Source of the DNA: Spirochaetales bacterium
Lineage (GTDB): Bacteria; Spirochaetota; Spirochaetia; Treponematales; UBA12059
Direction of reading: 5' to 3'
Length of the DNA: 64,000 bases
Assembly (NCBI GenBank): GCA_016926955.1
Contig: JAFGNN010000046.1
Span: 5,743-69,742, forward strand
A program made the translations under genes and the position numbers. Below are positions 20,414-31,188 of this stretch, piece after piece (the first letter of the stretch is position 1; the number at the start of each line of letters is the position of its first letter). The notes beneath the pieces were generated by a model. It was not told where the DNA came from and did not search any database. It saw only the letters and a list, made by a program, of their open reading frames with translations.

Positions 20414-21084
20414 AGCCTGGTCTCGAGCGCCCCTCTATCCGCGTCGTCCTTCGGTTCGGGGCGGATGTCTGCGACAATGGTCGCCGGGGCTCCGCCGAGC
20501 GCGCATACGCGGTCGCCGATGCGGATCGCTTCCGCGATGTCGTGCGTCACGAACAGCACGGTCCTGCGTTCGACCGACTCGAGTTCGAGAAATGCTTCGA
20601 CGAGCCCCGCGCGCGTACGCGGGTCGACGGACTGGAACGGTTCGTCCATCAAAAGGACGTCCGAAGGAGAGGCGAAGGCCCTGGCGAGCGAAACGCGCTG
20701 ACGCATGCCGCCGGAGAGCTCGGAGGGGCGCTTCGCGAGTTCCCGGCCGAGTCCGACGCGTTCCAGGTAGGTCCGTGCCCGTTCAAGCGCCGCGACCTTC
20801 CCCATTTCCCGTCCCAGCACGAAGGCGACATTGTCCAGGGCGCCCAGCCAGGGCAGGAGCCTCGGTTCCTGGAAAGCGAATCCGAAGCGCGCGCCTTCGA
20901 AACCGGACCGATCGGCTTCGGCCTGCTTGAGAAGGCCAGCGACGCTCATCAGCAGGCTTGTTTTCCCGCAGCCCGATGGACCGAGTACGGCAGTGGCCGT
21001 ATGCGGCTCGAGTTCGAGCGAAAGACCGTCGAAGACCGAACGCTCTCCGTAGCGGAGTCGGAGCCCGGAAATCCTATAGCCCAT
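20383..21084 (-). CDS. ABC transporter ATP-binding protein (NitT/TauT family)
   Basis: Walker A GPSGCGKTS, signature LSGGMRQRVSLARA, Walker B LLMDEPF. Its 3' end overlaps the convergent kinase gene by 31 nt. Confidence 0.9.
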   Translation of the reverse strand: MGYRISGLRLRYGERSVFDGLSLELEPHTATAVLGPSGCGKTSLLMSVAGLLKQAEADRSGFEGARFGFAFQEPRLLPWLGALDNVAFVLGREMGKVAALERARTYLERVGLGRELAKRPSELSGGMRQRVSLARAFASPSDVLLMDEPFQSVDPRTRAGLVEAFLELESVERRTVLFVTHDIAEAIRIGDRVCALGGAPATIVADIRPEPKDDADRGALETRLYSLAFSGRS

Positions 21085-21823
21085 GGCGAGCCAGATTCAG
21101 CCTGAAGGCTCGGAACACGGCGTCGCTGAGGGCGCAGAGCAATACGCCGGCGGCGGCCCAAGCCAGCACGCCGGCGGTGTCCAGCATGAGGCGCCGATCC
21201 TGGAGGCCGGTGCCGAGCGCTCTGGCGGGCTGGCTGAGCACCTCGCCGGCAATCACGACCTTCCAAGAGAGCCCTATCGCGGCCTGAGCGGCGGCGGCCA
21301 GGTGTCCGGTCATGGAGGGGACGCGGATTCCGAACAGTACGCGGCCGCGCTCGAGACGGAATAAGGACGCCATTTCGAGGAGGCGCGGGTCGGTCGAACG
21401 CCATCCTTCCGCCACCTGGGCGGCGACCACCGGAAAGGCCATGAGGAAGGCCGCGAAGACCGGCACGGCTCCGACGTCGAACCAGAAGAGGAAAAGCAGG
21501 ATAAGTGCGATGACGGGAAGCGCGCGGATGGCGGATAGGAGCGGCGAGACGAAGGCGGCGAAGCGGGGGCTCGCGCCGCAACCCGCCCCGATCAGGGCTC
21601 CGGCCGCCATCGACAGGGCGAAAGCCGCGAGCCCTCGCCCCAGGGTAGCAGCGAGGGCATGGATGAAGGCCGGCTCGGCGAACAGGGCGGCCGCGCGGAT
21701 CAGAACGCGCTCCGGCGGCGGCAGGATGATGTCCTTGCCGATGCAGAGCGAGGCGAGCTTCCAGCCTGCGAGCATTGTCGCCGCGCCTGCGAGCGCGGCG
21801 AGCCGCTCATTTTTCGCGCGCAT
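21074..21823 (-). CDS. ABC transporter permease (NitT/TauT family)
   Basis: Multi-TM protein with a BPD-type permease pattern (ALPVIALILLFLFWF, EMASLFRL). Overlaps the neighbouring ABC genes. Confidence 0.85.
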   Translation of the reverse strand: MRAKNERLAALAGAATMLAGWKLASLCIGKDIILPPPERVLIRAAALFAEPAFIHALAATLGRGLAAFALSMAAGALIGAGCGASPRFAAFVSPLLSAIRALPVIALILLFLFWFDVGAVPVFAAFLMAFPVVAAQVAEGWRSTDPRLLEMASLFRLERGRVLFGIRVPSMTGHLAAAAQAAIGLSWKVVIAGEVLSQPARALGTGLQDRRLMLDTAGVLAWAAAGVLLCALSDAVFRAFRLNLARHGL

Positions 21824-22829
21824 CGCCCCGCCAGAAACCCTCGGCGGGCAGCTTGCCGCCTATCGAGTCGGGCGCGTATTCGAGAAACACGCGGAGCAGG
21901 GCCTCGAGCGCGGGCCTTGCTGCTCCGGGAGCCAGGTAACGATAGTTGGATGAAGGGATGGCCTTGGTCGCGATGGCGGCCTTGAGGCCGAGTTCCCGCC
22001 GTTCGACCAGGAGGCCGGCGGCGACGGGGTCGGCGACGACGAAATCGACGGAGGCCTTGCAGGCGTCGAGGAGCGCGGAGACCGCATCAGGCCTCGAGTC
22101 GACGAGCTCGCCGCGGACGACGAGAACCGTCATGGGATAATCGCCGTAGCCGGTGGCTTCGCGCCACGCGGGCTCGAGGGTGAAGGCGCGAGAGAGCGAG
22201 GGATTTCCGGCCAGCGCCTGGGTGGCGAAGGGTTCGGGGAGCACCGCGAGCGGAATCCGGCCCGCGACGAGGCTCGAGGCGATCTCCGGCACCGGCATGG
22301 AGAACGCGAGCGTGAGGTCCGTGCCCGGGACGAGCCCTTCCTTGGCGAGCAAGGTCCTGAGCACGAATTCCGGCGTCGCGCCCTGGCCGGCGACCTGTAC
22401 GGTTCGACCGGTGAGGTCGCGGATGGAAGAGACCGAGGGATCCGCGGAGACCACCGAATTCATCCCGAAGCCGACTACCGCGCCAAGACGGAAATCCATG
22501 CCGGAATTGAAGAGGTTGACGGCGAGGTTCGGCGGCAGCACCGCCACGTCGAGATCCCCGGCCAGGAGCTTGGCCACCATGACATCGGTGTTGGGAACGA
22601 TGAGGGTCTCCATCGTCGCGTTCGACGGGAGAAGCGCCGGTCCGTCCAGCAGGCGGACGAGGGACACGCCGCTCGGGCCCTTGAGGACCGCCGCGCGGAT
22701 GACAATCGGCTCCGAGGCCGCGAGCTCCCGTGCCCCGAGGGCTGAGGCGGGAGCGGCTAACGCGAGGGACAAGGCTGCCAGGGCGCAGAACGGAGAGATG
22801 CGACGTTTCGTGGTGGTCTCCTTATACAT
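21807..22829 (-). CDS. ABC transporter periplasmic substrate-binding protein (NMT1/SsuA-like)
   Basis: Signal peptide MYKETTTKRRISPFCALAALSLALAAPASA and an NMT1/THI5-like SBP fold pattern. I chose ATG 22829; the listed 22883 start would leave only 16 nt before mcsA. Confidence 0.78.
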   Translation of the reverse strand: MYKETTTKRRISPFCALAALSLALAAPASALGARELAASEPIVIRAAVLKGPSGVSLVRLLDGPALLPSNATMETLIVPNTDVMVAKLLAGDLDVAVLPPNLAVNLFNSGMDFRLGAVVGFGMNSVVSADPSVSSIRDLTGRTVQVAGQGATPEFVLRTLLAKEGLVPGTDLTLAFSMPVPEIASSLVAGRIPLAVLPEPFATQALAGNPSLSRAFTLEPAWREATGYGDYPMTVLVVRGELVDSRPDAVSALLDACKASVDFVVADPVAAGLLVERRELGLKAAIATKAIPSSNYRYLAPGAARPALEALLRVFLEYAPDSIGGKLPAEGFWRGDAREK

Positions 22830-22864
22830 GGTCTTCGATGCGCGAACACTATACCCTGCGCTCC

Positions 22865-22893
22865 TACACTTTTTCCAGCGCATTGATTATAGT
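22865..22893 (+). promoter_or_regulatory. Candidate promoter for mcsA (weak -35 TACACT, -10 TATAGT). The -10 shares a palindromic core with a TATAAT on the opposite strand for the ABC operon.
   Basis: TATAGT at 22888-22893 ends 6 nt before ATG 22900, and no SD is present. The complement of 22886-22891 reads TATAAT. Confidence 0.3.
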
Positions 22894-22899
22894 CGAACC

Positions 22900-23250
22900 A
22901 TGCGTTGCGACGATTGCGGAAGCGCTGAAGCCACCATCCTCATCGGTCATCCGGGCTCGCTCCCGTCGCGGCTGCGTCTCTGCGCCGACTGCGCGTCAAG
23001 GCGCGGCGTATCCGGTTCCGGAGGCGTGCTCAGCATCGATCTCGGAGCGCTCTTCGCGACCGCTGAGCCGGGGCCCGGCTCCCGTATCCGGTCCTGCGCG
23101 GCATGCGGTCTTTCGTTCGACGATTTCCTCAGGGAAGGGCGGTTCGGCTGTCCCGCTTGCGTACAAGCCTTCGCGGACGCCTACCCGCCGCTGGCGAAGC
23201 GTCCCGCCTTCGCGGGTTCCGCGCCCGGTTCGAGCGGAAGCGCGTCATGA
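22900..23250 (+). CDS. mcsA: McsA-like UvrB/UvrC-motif zinc-finger protein (activator of protein arginine kinase)
   Basis: Paired CxxC motifs (CDDC...CADC, CAAC...CPAC) with FDDFLREGRFGCPACVQAF. It sits immediately upstream of, and overlaps, mcsB. Confidence 0.78.
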   Translation: MRCDDCGSAEATILIGHPGSLPSRLRLCADCASRRGVSGSGGVLSIDLGALFATAEPGPGSRIRSCAACGLSFDDFLREGRFGCPACVQAFADAYPPLAKRPAFAGSAPGSSGSAS

Positions 23251-24299
23251 ACGGATTCCTCGCTCGCGGCGTCGAGGTACCCGCCGACGCGCCTTCGGGC
23301 GACGTCGCGGTACGAAGCGCCGGAATCCTCTCGCGGAACCTCTCAGGTGAACGTTACGCCTGGCGCGCCGACGACGCCGCGCGCGCGCGCGCGGCGGAAA
23401 AGGTGTCGGCCGCGTGGCGCCACCTGGACGCCGTCGAGGCCTGCCCGCTCGCGGAACTCGACGCGGATTTGCGACGTGCCCTGGCCGAGCGTGATTCCAT
23501 CACGGATTCGTATTCGCATGACCCGGGCGCCTGGATCGGCTGGGATGCGGCACGGGGCGCCTGGTTGACGGCGAACGAGCAGGATCACGTCCGCCTGCGC
23601 TGCGAGCGTCCCGGCTTCGATCCGGAAGGCGTGCTCTCGTCGCTCGAAACCATCGAGGAAGCCCTTTCCTTTTCGCTCGGCTGGGCGTTTGACGAGCGGT
23701 TCGGCTTCCTCGGCCCGGACCCTGCCAAGCTCGGGCATGCCCTGGTCCTTTCCGCCAGTTTCCACCTGCCCGCGCTATCCATGACTCTCGCCGCCGAAAG
23801 GGTCTTCAAGGAAGCCCTCTCGGCGGGCGTGGAGATCATCGGCCAGAGCTCGGACGACGGGCGCTCGCTCGCCTCGGTCTGGACCCTGGCCTTCACGTGC
23901 CCGCCGGACCTCCTTCCACGGGACGCGGCGGCGCGCTTGAGGAAGATCGGCATGTCGTTGGTCGAGGCGGAACGTGCCGCCCGGTCCAGCCTGGTCGAAC
24001 GCGATCCGCTTGGTCTCGAAGACGCGGTATCCCGCGCGTTCGGGCTCTCCCGCTACGCGCTCGCGCTCCAGGCGGGCGAGGCCGCGGAAGCAGCTTCGTT
24101 CCTGCGGCTTGGCGACGCGCTCGGCCTCGTGGCCGGCTTCGGTCCCGGCCTTTTCGCGAGTCTGCTTCGCGGATTGAGCGGATCCGGCCTTTCGCTGTCC
24201 GGAATCGCCCCCGATCGTCCCGAAGCCCGGAGGCGTGCCCTCGCGTTCGCCGAGGCGCTCGGCGGCGTCTCTCTCGTGCAGGAGAAGCACCGTGTTTAA
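23247..24299 (+). CDS. mcsB: Protein arginine kinase McsB (ATP:guanido phosphotransferase family)
   Basis: ILSRNLSGERY..., NEQDHVRLRC (the NEEDHLR-type motif), GFLGPDPAKLGHALVLSASFHLPAL. ATGA overlap with mcsA. Confidence 0.85.
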   Translation: MNGFLARGVEVPADAPSGDVAVRSAGILSRNLSGERYAWRADDAARARAAEKVSAAWRHLDAVEACPLAELDADLRRALAERDSITDSYSHDPGAWIGWDAARGAWLTANEQDHVRLRCERPGFDPEGVLSSLETIEEALSFSLGWAFDERFGFLGPDPAKLGHALVLSASFHLPALSMTLAAERVFKEALSAGVEIIGQSSDDGRSLASVWTLAFTCPPDLLPRDAAARLRKIGMSLVEAERAARSSLVERDPLGLEDAVSRAFGLSRYALALQAGEAAEAASFLRLGDALGLVAGFGPGLFASLLRGLSGSGLSLSGIAPDRPEARRRALAFAEALGGVSLVQEKHRV

Positions 24300-26826
24300 A
24301 GGACTGACCCAACGCGCCCAACGCGTCCTCTCGGTGATCGCCCAAGAGGAGGCCAAACGTTCCCGCGCCGACCAACTCACGCCGGAGCATGTCCTGTCGG
24401 CCATAGTCCGCGACGCCGAGGGCTTCGGGGCCAGGGCGCTCCGCGCGCTCAAGATGGACCTCGCGGAGCTCCGCGCCGAGCTCGAGAGAAATTCCGGTGG
24501 CAGGCGGAGCGGCTTCGTGCTCGGGGATGTGCCGCTTTCGCGCAGGCTGAAGAGCCTGCTGGAAACGGCGGCGGAGGAAGCCCACCTCGCCGGCAGCGAG
24601 TATATCGGCACCGAGCACCTGGTCATCGCCGCGGCGCGCGAGGGCGGCTCCGCTTTCGAGCGCTTCCTGGAGGAGCGGGGCGTGTTTTACGAGCAGGTGC
24701 GCGCGGCCGTTCGGCTGGTCGGAGCAGGCGAAAGCCGGGAGCGTCCGACGCCTTCTGAAGGACCCCGCCGGGAAGACGTCCGCGAGGCGGCCATGCCGCG
24801 GCAACGAGCTACCCAGCAGGCGCGCACGCCCATACTGGACGAATACTCGCGAGACCTGACCGCGCTCGCGCGCTCGGGACGCATCGATCCGGTGATAGGT
24901 CGCGAAAGCGAGATACGCAGGGTGGTCCGCATCCTCTCGAGGCGGACCAAGAACAATCCCGTGCTCGTGGGAGAACCCGGCGTAGGCAAGACCGCCATAG
25001 TCGAAGGCCTGGCGCTTCGCATCGGCTCGGGATCCGTTCCCGACCAACTCGCGGGCAAGCGCATCCTTTCGCTCGACATCGCGAGCGTAGTCGCCGGAAC
25101 CAAGTACCGCGGCGAATTCGAAGAACGGCTGAAACGGATCATGAAGGAGATCTCGCAAGCCGGCGACGTGGTGCTCTTCATCGACGAACTCCATACGGTA
25201 ATCGGCGCCGGCTCCGCCGAAGGCACCATAGACGCGTCAAACATGCTGAAGCCCGCGCTGTCCCGCGGGGAGATCCAGTGCATCGGCGCCACCACGCTTG
25301 CCGAATATCGCAAGTACTTCGAGAAGGATGCCGCGCTCGAGCGTCGTTTCCAGCTGGTGCTGGTGGAGGAGCCGAGCCCCGAGCAGGCGGTCGAGATCCT
25401 TCTCGGCATCAAGGGCCGCTACGAAGACTACCATGGCGTCGCCTACGCCCGCGACGCGGTGGAAGCCGCGGTGAGCCTTTCGCGCCGCTACCTCGCGGAC
25501 CGCTTCCTGCCGGACAAGGCCATCGACCTGATGGACGAGGCCGGCGCGAAGCGTCGCATCGAGGATCCGTCGCGTCCTCCGGAACTTCCGGAGGTCGAAT
25601 CCGAGATCGCAAAGCTGACGGAGGAAAAACTCGCCCTCGTCTCGACCCAGAATTACGAGCGGGCCGCCGAGGTCCGCGACCGGGTCAGGAGGCTCAAGGA
25701 GCGACTCGAGTCCATCCGTTCCGCTTGGGAAAGCGACAGCGGCCGCGCGCGCGGACTCGTCACCGAGCAGGATGTACGCGAGGTGGTCTCAGACGCCACC
25801 GGCATTCCCGTCGCGCGTCTCGAGGAAAACGAATCCGCGCGCCTGCTCGGCCTGGAGGACGAGCTGCACCGCCGCGTCATAGGCCAGGACGACGCCATCA
25901 GGGCGGTCGCCGCCGCCGTCCGCCGGTCCAGGGCAGGCATCGCCGACGAGCGCCGGCCGCTCGGCAGCTTCGTCTTCCTCGGACCGACCGGCGTCGGCAA
26001 GACCCTCGTCGCCAAGACCCTCGCGGAGTACCTGTTCGGGAGCGAGGACGCGTTGATCCGCGTCGACATGTCGGATTACATGGAAAAGCACAACGCTTCC
26101 CGTTTGGTCGGCGCACCTCCGGGCTACGTCGGCTACGACCAAGGCGGCATGCTCACCGAGAAGATCCGCAGGCGCCCCTACAGCGTTATCCTGTTCGACG
26201 AGATCGAGAAGGCCCACCCGGACGTGTTCAACCTGCTACTCCAGCTGCTGGAGGAAGGAGAGCTTCGCGACAACCTCGGGCACACCGTCTCGTTCCGAAA
26301 CGCGGTGGTGGTGATGACAAGCAACGCGGGCACTCGCGACATCGCGCGTGGCGCTTCGCTCGGCTTCCGCGCGGAAGACGCCCGCTTCGACCTTCCCGCC
26401 GTGCGGGAGGCCGCGCTCTCGGAGCTCAAGCGCCAGTTCAGGCCAGAGTTCGTCAATCGCGTGGACGAGGTGGTGGTTTTCCACCCGCTCGGCCGGGCTG
26501 AGGTGTCGAAAGTGCTCACGCTCATGCTCACCGAGCTGGAACGGAGGCTCGCGGCCAAGGGCGTGGCCCTCGAACTGAAGGCTGCCGCGCGCGAGCGCTT
26601 GGTGGAGAAGGGGTACGAACCCGCTTATGGAGCTCGGCCGATGCGGCGTCTCATCACGCGCGAGATCGAGGATCCGCTCGCGGACGCGATCATCGCGGGG
26701 AAATGCCCGCCAGGCTCGACCGTATGCGTGGACTGGAAGGGAGAATCGTTCGTCGTGAAGCCGAAGCCCCGGGGGCGGAAAGCCGACCCGGATCCGCTTC
26801 CCGTGCCCGCGGGCGTCCCGTCCTGA
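24292..26826 (+). CDS. clpC: ATP-dependent Clp protease ATP-binding subunit ClpC
   Basis: Two Clp_N repeats, AAA1 [15 protein letters not shown], a short UVR-type middle domain ([18 protein letters not shown]), AAA2 [15 protein letters not shown], and a ClpB_D2-small domain. GTG 24292 is preceded by AGGAGA and overlaps the mcsB stop by 8 nt. Confidence 0.93.
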   Translation: MFKGLTQRAQRVLSVIAQEEAKRSRADQLTPEHVLSAIVRDAEGFGARALRALKMDLAELRAELERNSGGRRSGFVLGDVPLSRRLKSLLETAAEEAHLAGSEYIGTEHLVIAAAREGGSAFERFLEERGVFYEQVRAAVRLVGAGESRERPTPSEGPRREDVREAAMPRQRATQQARTPILDEYSRDLTALARSGRIDPVIGRESEIRRVVRILSRRTKNNPVLVGEPGVGKTAIVEGLALRIGSGSVPDQLAGKRILSLDIASVVAGTKYRGEFEERLKRIMKEISQAGDVVLFIDELHTVIGAGSAEGTIDASNMLKPALSRGEIQCIGATTLAEYRKYFEKDAALERRFQLVLVEEPSPEQAVEILLGIKGRYEDYHGVAYARDAVEAAVSLSRRYLADRFLPDKAIDLMDEAGAKRRIEDPSRPPELPEVESEIAKLTEEKLALVSTQNYERAAEVRDRVRRLKERLESIRSAWESDSGRARGLVTEQDVREVVSDATGIPVARLEENESARLLGLEDELHRRVIGQDDAIRAVAAAVRRSRAGIADERRPLGSFVFLGPTGVGKTLVAKTLAEYLFGSEDALIRVDMSDYMEKHNASRLVGAPPGYVGYDQGGMLTEKIRRRPYSVILFDEIEKAHPDVFNLLLQLLEEGELRDNLGHTVSFRNAVVVMTSNAGTRDIARGASLGFRAEDARFDLPAVREAALSELKRQFRPEFVNRVDEVVVFHPLGRAEVSKVLTLMLTELERRLAAKGVALELKAAARERLVEKGYEPAYGARPMRRLITREIEDPLADAIIAGKCPPGSTVCVDWKGESFVVKPKPRGRKADPDPLPVPAGVPS

Positions 26827-26852
26827 TCCGGACCCGTCCCTCGCGTGCGGCC

Positions 26853-28268
26853 TCAGGCGTCGTCGCGCCCGATCAGGGTCCTGAGTTCACGAAGCCTGGA
26901 TTCGTCGAGCGCGGCGCGGAGGTTCTTCTCCTGCATGGGGATGACAAGGCCCTTCGGTCCATCCTTGGCGCGGCGAAGGTATTTGACAAAGGTCCAGTAG
27001 ACGTCGCCCAAACCCGCGTTCCTGCCCTTCGAGTAGTACAACGCGAGTGCGGCGGCGTCGAGCAGCAGCTCGAGGGGGAAACTCTTCCCGGGCTTGGCCT
27101 TGATGAAGACGTAGGCGCCTGACCAGTCGCGGGCGTGGAGCCAGGCGTCGTTGCCTCGGACGTGGCGCCGGAGCAACTCGTCGTTTTCCTTGGCCGAGCG
27201 GCCGACGAGCAGGGTCCAGCCGTTCCGGACGAGGGAGAGTCCCGGCGTCGCGCGCGGTTTTTCCGAGGACGCGACTCGCCGCCTTTCGAGCTCGGCCCGC
27301 ACCTTGAACGGATTTTCCTCCGCCTCGAGCCGGGTCCGCGAGGCATCGAGCTCCTCGAGGCTGCGCTTTGCGGCTTCGATCTCCGCGGCTACCTCGCCCG
27401 CGCCGGAAGCGGCTTTTCGGTACCGTTCGTAATACGCGCGGGCATTCTCCAGCGCGGACTTGCCGGGGTCGACGGCGATGCTCACGGGGCCGCCGATACT
27501 GAAATCCTCCGTATCCACGAAGCCCGACGAGGTATCGGTCTCGAGCGCGGCCATGAGCAGGTCGCCGAGCTCGCGATAGCGTTCGGGATTTGCGTAGGCC
27601 TCGGCGCGTTTCGCGAGGTCCGCGAGCCGTCCTTCGATCGCCGCGCGGCGACTCGCGTACCAGTCGGCGATCCGCTCAGCGAGCGCGTCGCGCGAATGGG
27701 CGCCCGCGCGGTCTGAGTACCAGGCGTCGACGCGTTCGTTGAAGGAACCCTCCCCGGGCAGCTCGCGAACCGAGAATTCCCTCGGGGGTCCCTTGCCCGA
27801 GCCCAGGGCCTCTTCCGGCGCGTAGATGCCGCCCGCGGTCTCGCCCTTGCCTGGTTTTCGGGCCAGCGCGTCGATGACGGTTCCCTTGGAATCGCATAGG
27901 ATGACATTTCCGGCGCCGGACCAGAGCCGCGCGTAGAGCCGGAACAGATCGCCGCCCAAGACCAGCTCGAGACGGACGACGCGATCGGTTCCGAGCTGGC
28001 TGATCGAGAGCAGGCGGCCGTTTCTCACGCGCGACCGGAGCAGTTCCTGGAAGCGCTGGGGCTTTTCCGGTTTCGGCACGGGGCGCGTGGTTGCGTGGAT
28101 CCGGCACGCGCCGTGGGACACGCAAACGAGCAGTTCCACGGACGCGGGCGGCTTGTAGAACGAAAGCGCGAGCGTGTCCCAGGTCGGTTGGACGACGCGC
28201 TGGAGCTGGGCCCCGACGAGGTCCAGCTCCGAGAGCGCGAGGTCGATTTCTTTCCAGTTGAGCGACAT
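26853..28268 (-). CDS. NFACT-family protein (RqcH / fibronectin-binding protein A-like, ribosome quality control)
   Basis: MSLNWKEIDLALSELDLVGAQLQRVVQP is an NFACT-N start. The C-terminal NFACT-R/DUF814 motif is GRSAKENDELLRRHVRGNDAWLHARDWSGAYVFIK. The start lies 10 nt after the secA stop. Confidence 0.8.
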   Translation of the reverse strand: MSLNWKEIDLALSELDLVGAQLQRVVQPTWDTLALSFYKPPASVELLVCVSHGACRIHATTRPVPKPEKPQRFQELLRSRVRNGRLLSISQLGTDRVVRLELVLGGDLFRLYARLWSGAGNVILCDSKGTVIDALARKPGKGETAGGIYAPEEALGSGKGPPREFSVRELPGEGSFNERVDAWYSDRAGAHSRDALAERIADWYASRRAAIEGRLADLAKRAEAYANPERYRELGDLLMAALETDTSSGFVDTEDFSIGGPVSIAVDPGKSALENARAYYERYRKAASGAGEVAAEIEAAKRSLEELDASRTRLEAEENPFKVRAELERRRVASSEKPRATPGLSLVRNGWTLLVGRSAKENDELLRRHVRGNDAWLHARDWSGAYVFIKAKPGKSFPLELLLDAAALALYYSKGRNAGLGDVYWTFVKYLRRAKDGPKGLVIPMQEKNLRAALDESRLRELRTLIGRDDA

Positions 28269-28278
28269 CGGAAATGGC

Positions 28279-31083
28279 TTACCTGCCGTGGCAGTGCTTG
28301 TACTTCTTGCCGGAACCGCAGGGACATGGATCGTTGCGGCCGACCTTAGGTCCATGGCGTTCCACGGTGACGTTCGCGGCGCGCGCCTGGTCGGCAAGCG
28401 AGCCTTGCGGCGCCGCCACGGGCCTCGGGGCAGCGGCGGCGGCGCGGGTGGATGAACTGCCCGTCGTCGTTCCCTTTACGCCGCCGAACTGGCCCAGTTC
28501 ACGGTGTTCCGCCACCGCGGCGGGCACTGCGCGGGCCCCGCGGCGTTCCTCGGGAGCGCCGACGCGGACCAGGAAGACGCGGCGCGCGAGCCCGGTGCGG
28601 ATTTCGTCGATCATGGTCTCGAAGATCTGGAAGCCCTCGAGCTTGTATTCGAGCAGGGGATTCTTCTGCGCGTAGTGCCGGAGGTGGACCGCTTCGCGGA
28701 GACCCTCCATGTTCTCGAGATGGTCGAGCCATTTCTGGTCGATGGACTGGAGGTACTGGTATCGGATGAAGTTGCCGAGATTCGCCGCGCCGGCGTAAGC
28801 CACCTTTTCGTTGATGTTGGCCTCGAGCGCCGCGTAGGCAGCCTCCCGGAGGACATCGACCTTCGCGAGCTCGGGCGACTCGACGGTGTAGGGGAGGGAG
28901 ACGTTGAACTCCTCGCGCAGCGATTCACGGAGGGCGGCCCATGCCGCCGTCCGGTCGTCGCGGGATCCCGATCCGTAGGCTTCGAGCAGCTCGTCGACCA
29001 TCGCGCGGGCGGAGGCCATGACGCGCGAGATGAGGTCCTGGTCCCGGAGTATCTCGTCCCGCTGCTCGTAGATGTACTTGCGCTGCTGGTTGAGCACGTC
29101 GTCGTACTCGAGCAGGTGCTTGCGGATCTCGAAGTTGCGTTCCTCCACGCGGCGCTGGGCGCCTTCGAGGGTGCGGGAAAGCATGGGGTGATATATCGGC
29201 TCGCCGGGTTTCATGCCGACGCGCATCATCAGGTTCTTGAGGTTCTCTCCGCCGTAGAGTCGCATGAGGTCGTCGTCGAAGGATACGAAGAAGCAGGAGG
29301 CGCCGGGGTCGCCCTGGCGGCCGGAGCGGCCGCGGAGCTGGTTGTCGATGCGGCGGCTTTCATGGCGCTCGGTGCCGAGCACGTAGAGGCCGCCGAGCGA
29401 ACGCACCTCCTCGTAGTCCCTGCGCCACGCTTCGGCTTCCTCGGCCATGGCCAGCCGGAGCTCCTCGTCGGAGGCTTCGGTGCCGACCTTCCTGCGCGCC
29501 CGGAATTCGGGATTGCCGCCGAGCTTGATGTCGGTCCCGCGGCCGGCCATGTTGGTCGCGATGGTGACCGCGCCCTTGGATCCGGCCTCCGCGATGATCG
29601 AGGCCTCTCGGGCGTGGTTCTTGGCGTTGAGCACCTCGTGCCGGACGCCGCGCTTCTGGAGCAGCACTGACAGCCGTTCGGACTTGTCGATGCTGACCGT
29701 GCCGACCAGGATCGGCTGGCCGGTCTTGTTCACCTCCGCGATCTCGTCGCAGATGGCTTCGAATTTCTCCGCCTCGTTCAGGTAGACGAGGTCGTCCTCG
29801 TCCTTCCGCATGACGGGCCTGTTGGTCGGTATGACCACGACGTCGAGGTCGTAGATCTTGAGGAACTCCGGCGCCTCGGTGTCCGCGGTACCGGTCATGC
29901 CTCCAATCTTTTCGTAGAGGCGGAAATAGTTCTGGAAGGTGATGGTGGCCAGGGTCCGGTTGCGGCGGGCCACCTTGATGCGTTCCTTTGCCTCTATGGC
30001 CTCGTGCAAGCCGTCAGAGTACCGGCGCCCGTGCAGGATGCGGCCGGTGAACTCGTCGACGATCTGCACCATGCCGTCCTGCACCACGTATTCCGTCTCG
30101 CGCTCGAACAGGCGGTGCGCCCGTACGGCGTTGGAGAAGTAGTGGACGAACTGGAAGTTGCCCTCGTCGAAGAGAGAGCCCTCCATCAACCCGCGCTTCC
30201 GGAGAAGCTCCTCCATGCGGTCGAGTCCTGCGGGCGTGAACGACACGCGCTTGGACTTCTCGTCTATCTTGTAGTCGCCGACGAGTTCCTCGCCGAGTTC
30301 CTCCCGCGGGTATTCGCCTGTGGTGGGGTTCTTGGCGACCTCGACGAGCTGGACGGCCAGACGGTCGACTTCCGAGACGCGGAAGGTGTCGTCCTCGGCT
30401 GGACCCGAGATGATGAGGGGCGTCCGCGCTTCGTCGATGAGTATGGAGTCGATCTCGTCCACCACGCAGAACGAGTGGCCGCGCTGAACGCGGGACTCGA
30501 CGCTCCAGGCCATGTTGTCCCGGAGGTAGTCGAAGCCGAGCTCGTTGTTGGTCGCGTAGGTGATGTCCTTGTGGTAGGCTTCCCGGCGAACCTCGCTTTC
30601 CATGCGCGACAGTACGACGCCCACGCTCGCGCCGAGGAAGGAGAACACCTTGCCCATCCAGGCGCTGTCGCGTTCGGCGAGGTAGTCGTTGACGGTGACG
30701 ACGTGGACGCCCTTCCCGGAGAGCGAATTGAGATAGATCGGCGCTACGGACATCAGGGTCTTGCCTTCACCCGTTTTCATCTCGACGATCTTGCCCTGGT
30801 GCAACACGATGCCGCCGAGTATCTGGACGTCGAACGGCCGCTCCCCGAGGGTGCGTCGGGCGGCCTCCCGGGCCAGCGCGAAGGCTTCGGGCAGTATCCC
30901 GTCGAGCGTTTCGCCGGAAGCGAGGCGGGAGCGGAAATCCGCGGTCAGCCGGGGAAAATCTGCGTCAGACAGGGACAGGGCCCAGGCCTCTTTCGAGTTC
31001 ACCGAATGCAGTATGGGCAGGAGCGACTTGAGGTCGCGCTCGTGCTTGGTGCCGAAGAGCGCCGTTATCGGGTTGAAAGCCAT
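28279..31083 (-). CDS. secA: Preprotein translocase ATPase SecA
   Basis: [23 protein letters not shown] motor motifs ([39 protein letters not shown]), and a C-terminal zinc finger [14 protein letters not shown]. Confidence 0.97.
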   Translation of the reverse strand: MAFNPITALFGTKHERDLKSLLPILHSVNSKEAWALSLSDADFPRLTADFRSRLASGETLDGILPEAFALAREAARRTLGERPFDVQILGGIVLHQGKIVEMKTGEGKTLMSVAPIYLNSLSGKGVHVVTVNDYLAERDSAWMGKVFSFLGASVGVVLSRMESEVRREAYHKDITYATNNELGFDYLRDNMAWSVESRVQRGHSFCVVDEIDSILIDEARTPLIISGPAEDDTFRVSEVDRLAVQLVEVAKNPTTGEYPREELGEELVGDYKIDEKSKRVSFTPAGLDRMEELLRKRGLMEGSLFDEGNFQFVHYFSNAVRAHRLFERETEYVVQDGMVQIVDEFTGRILHGRRYSDGLHEAIEAKERIKVARRNRTLATITFQNYFRLYEKIGGMTGTADTEAPEFLKIYDLDVVVIPTNRPVMRKDEDDLVYLNEAEKFEAICDEIAEVNKTGQPILVGTVSIDKSERLSVLLQKRGVRHEVLNAKNHAREASIIAEAGSKGAVTIATNMAGRGTDIKLGGNPEFRARRKVGTEASDEELRLAMAEEAEAWRRDYEEVRSLGGLYVLGTERHESRRIDNQLRGRSGRQGDPGASCFFVSFDDDLMRLYGGENLKNLMMRVGMKPGEPIYHPMLSRTLEGAQRRVEERNFEIRKHLLEYDDVLNQQRKYIYEQRDEILRDQDLISRVMASARAMVDELLEAYGSGSRDDRTAAWAALRESLREEFNVSLPYTVESPELAKVDVLREAAYAALEANINEKVAYAGAANLGNFIRYQYLQSIDQKWLDHLENMEGLREAVHLRHYAQKNPLLEYKLEGFQIFETMIDEIRTGLARRVFLVRVGAPEERRGARAVPAAVAEHRELGQFGGVKGTTTGSSSTRAAAAAPRPVAAPQGSLADQARAANVTVERHGPKVGRNDPCPCGSGKKYKHCHGR

Positions 31084-31188
31084 GCGGCGATGGTACTTAC
31101 TTTGATATTGGCGGTCAAGCGCGCGAGGCTTCCCGCGTCGGTTGACAGCCCCGCCGGACGGAGGCTAAACCTGAGAAGGAGCTTAGCC

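Noticed and set aside
22830-22899. Looked for a CtsR operator, CIRCE element, or TPP riboswitch (because the SBP is NMT1/THI5-like) in the divergent region
   Set aside because: No heptad direct repeat or TTAGCACTC-N9-GAGTGCTAA is present. The region is also too short (70 nt) and lacks the CUGAGA/ACCUGA cores of a TPP riboswitch.
30004-31188. 5' two thirds of the 800-aa plus-strand ORF 30004..32406
   Set aside because: This part is antisense to secA. Only the portion from TTG 31189 (SD plus lipobox) looks like a real gene.
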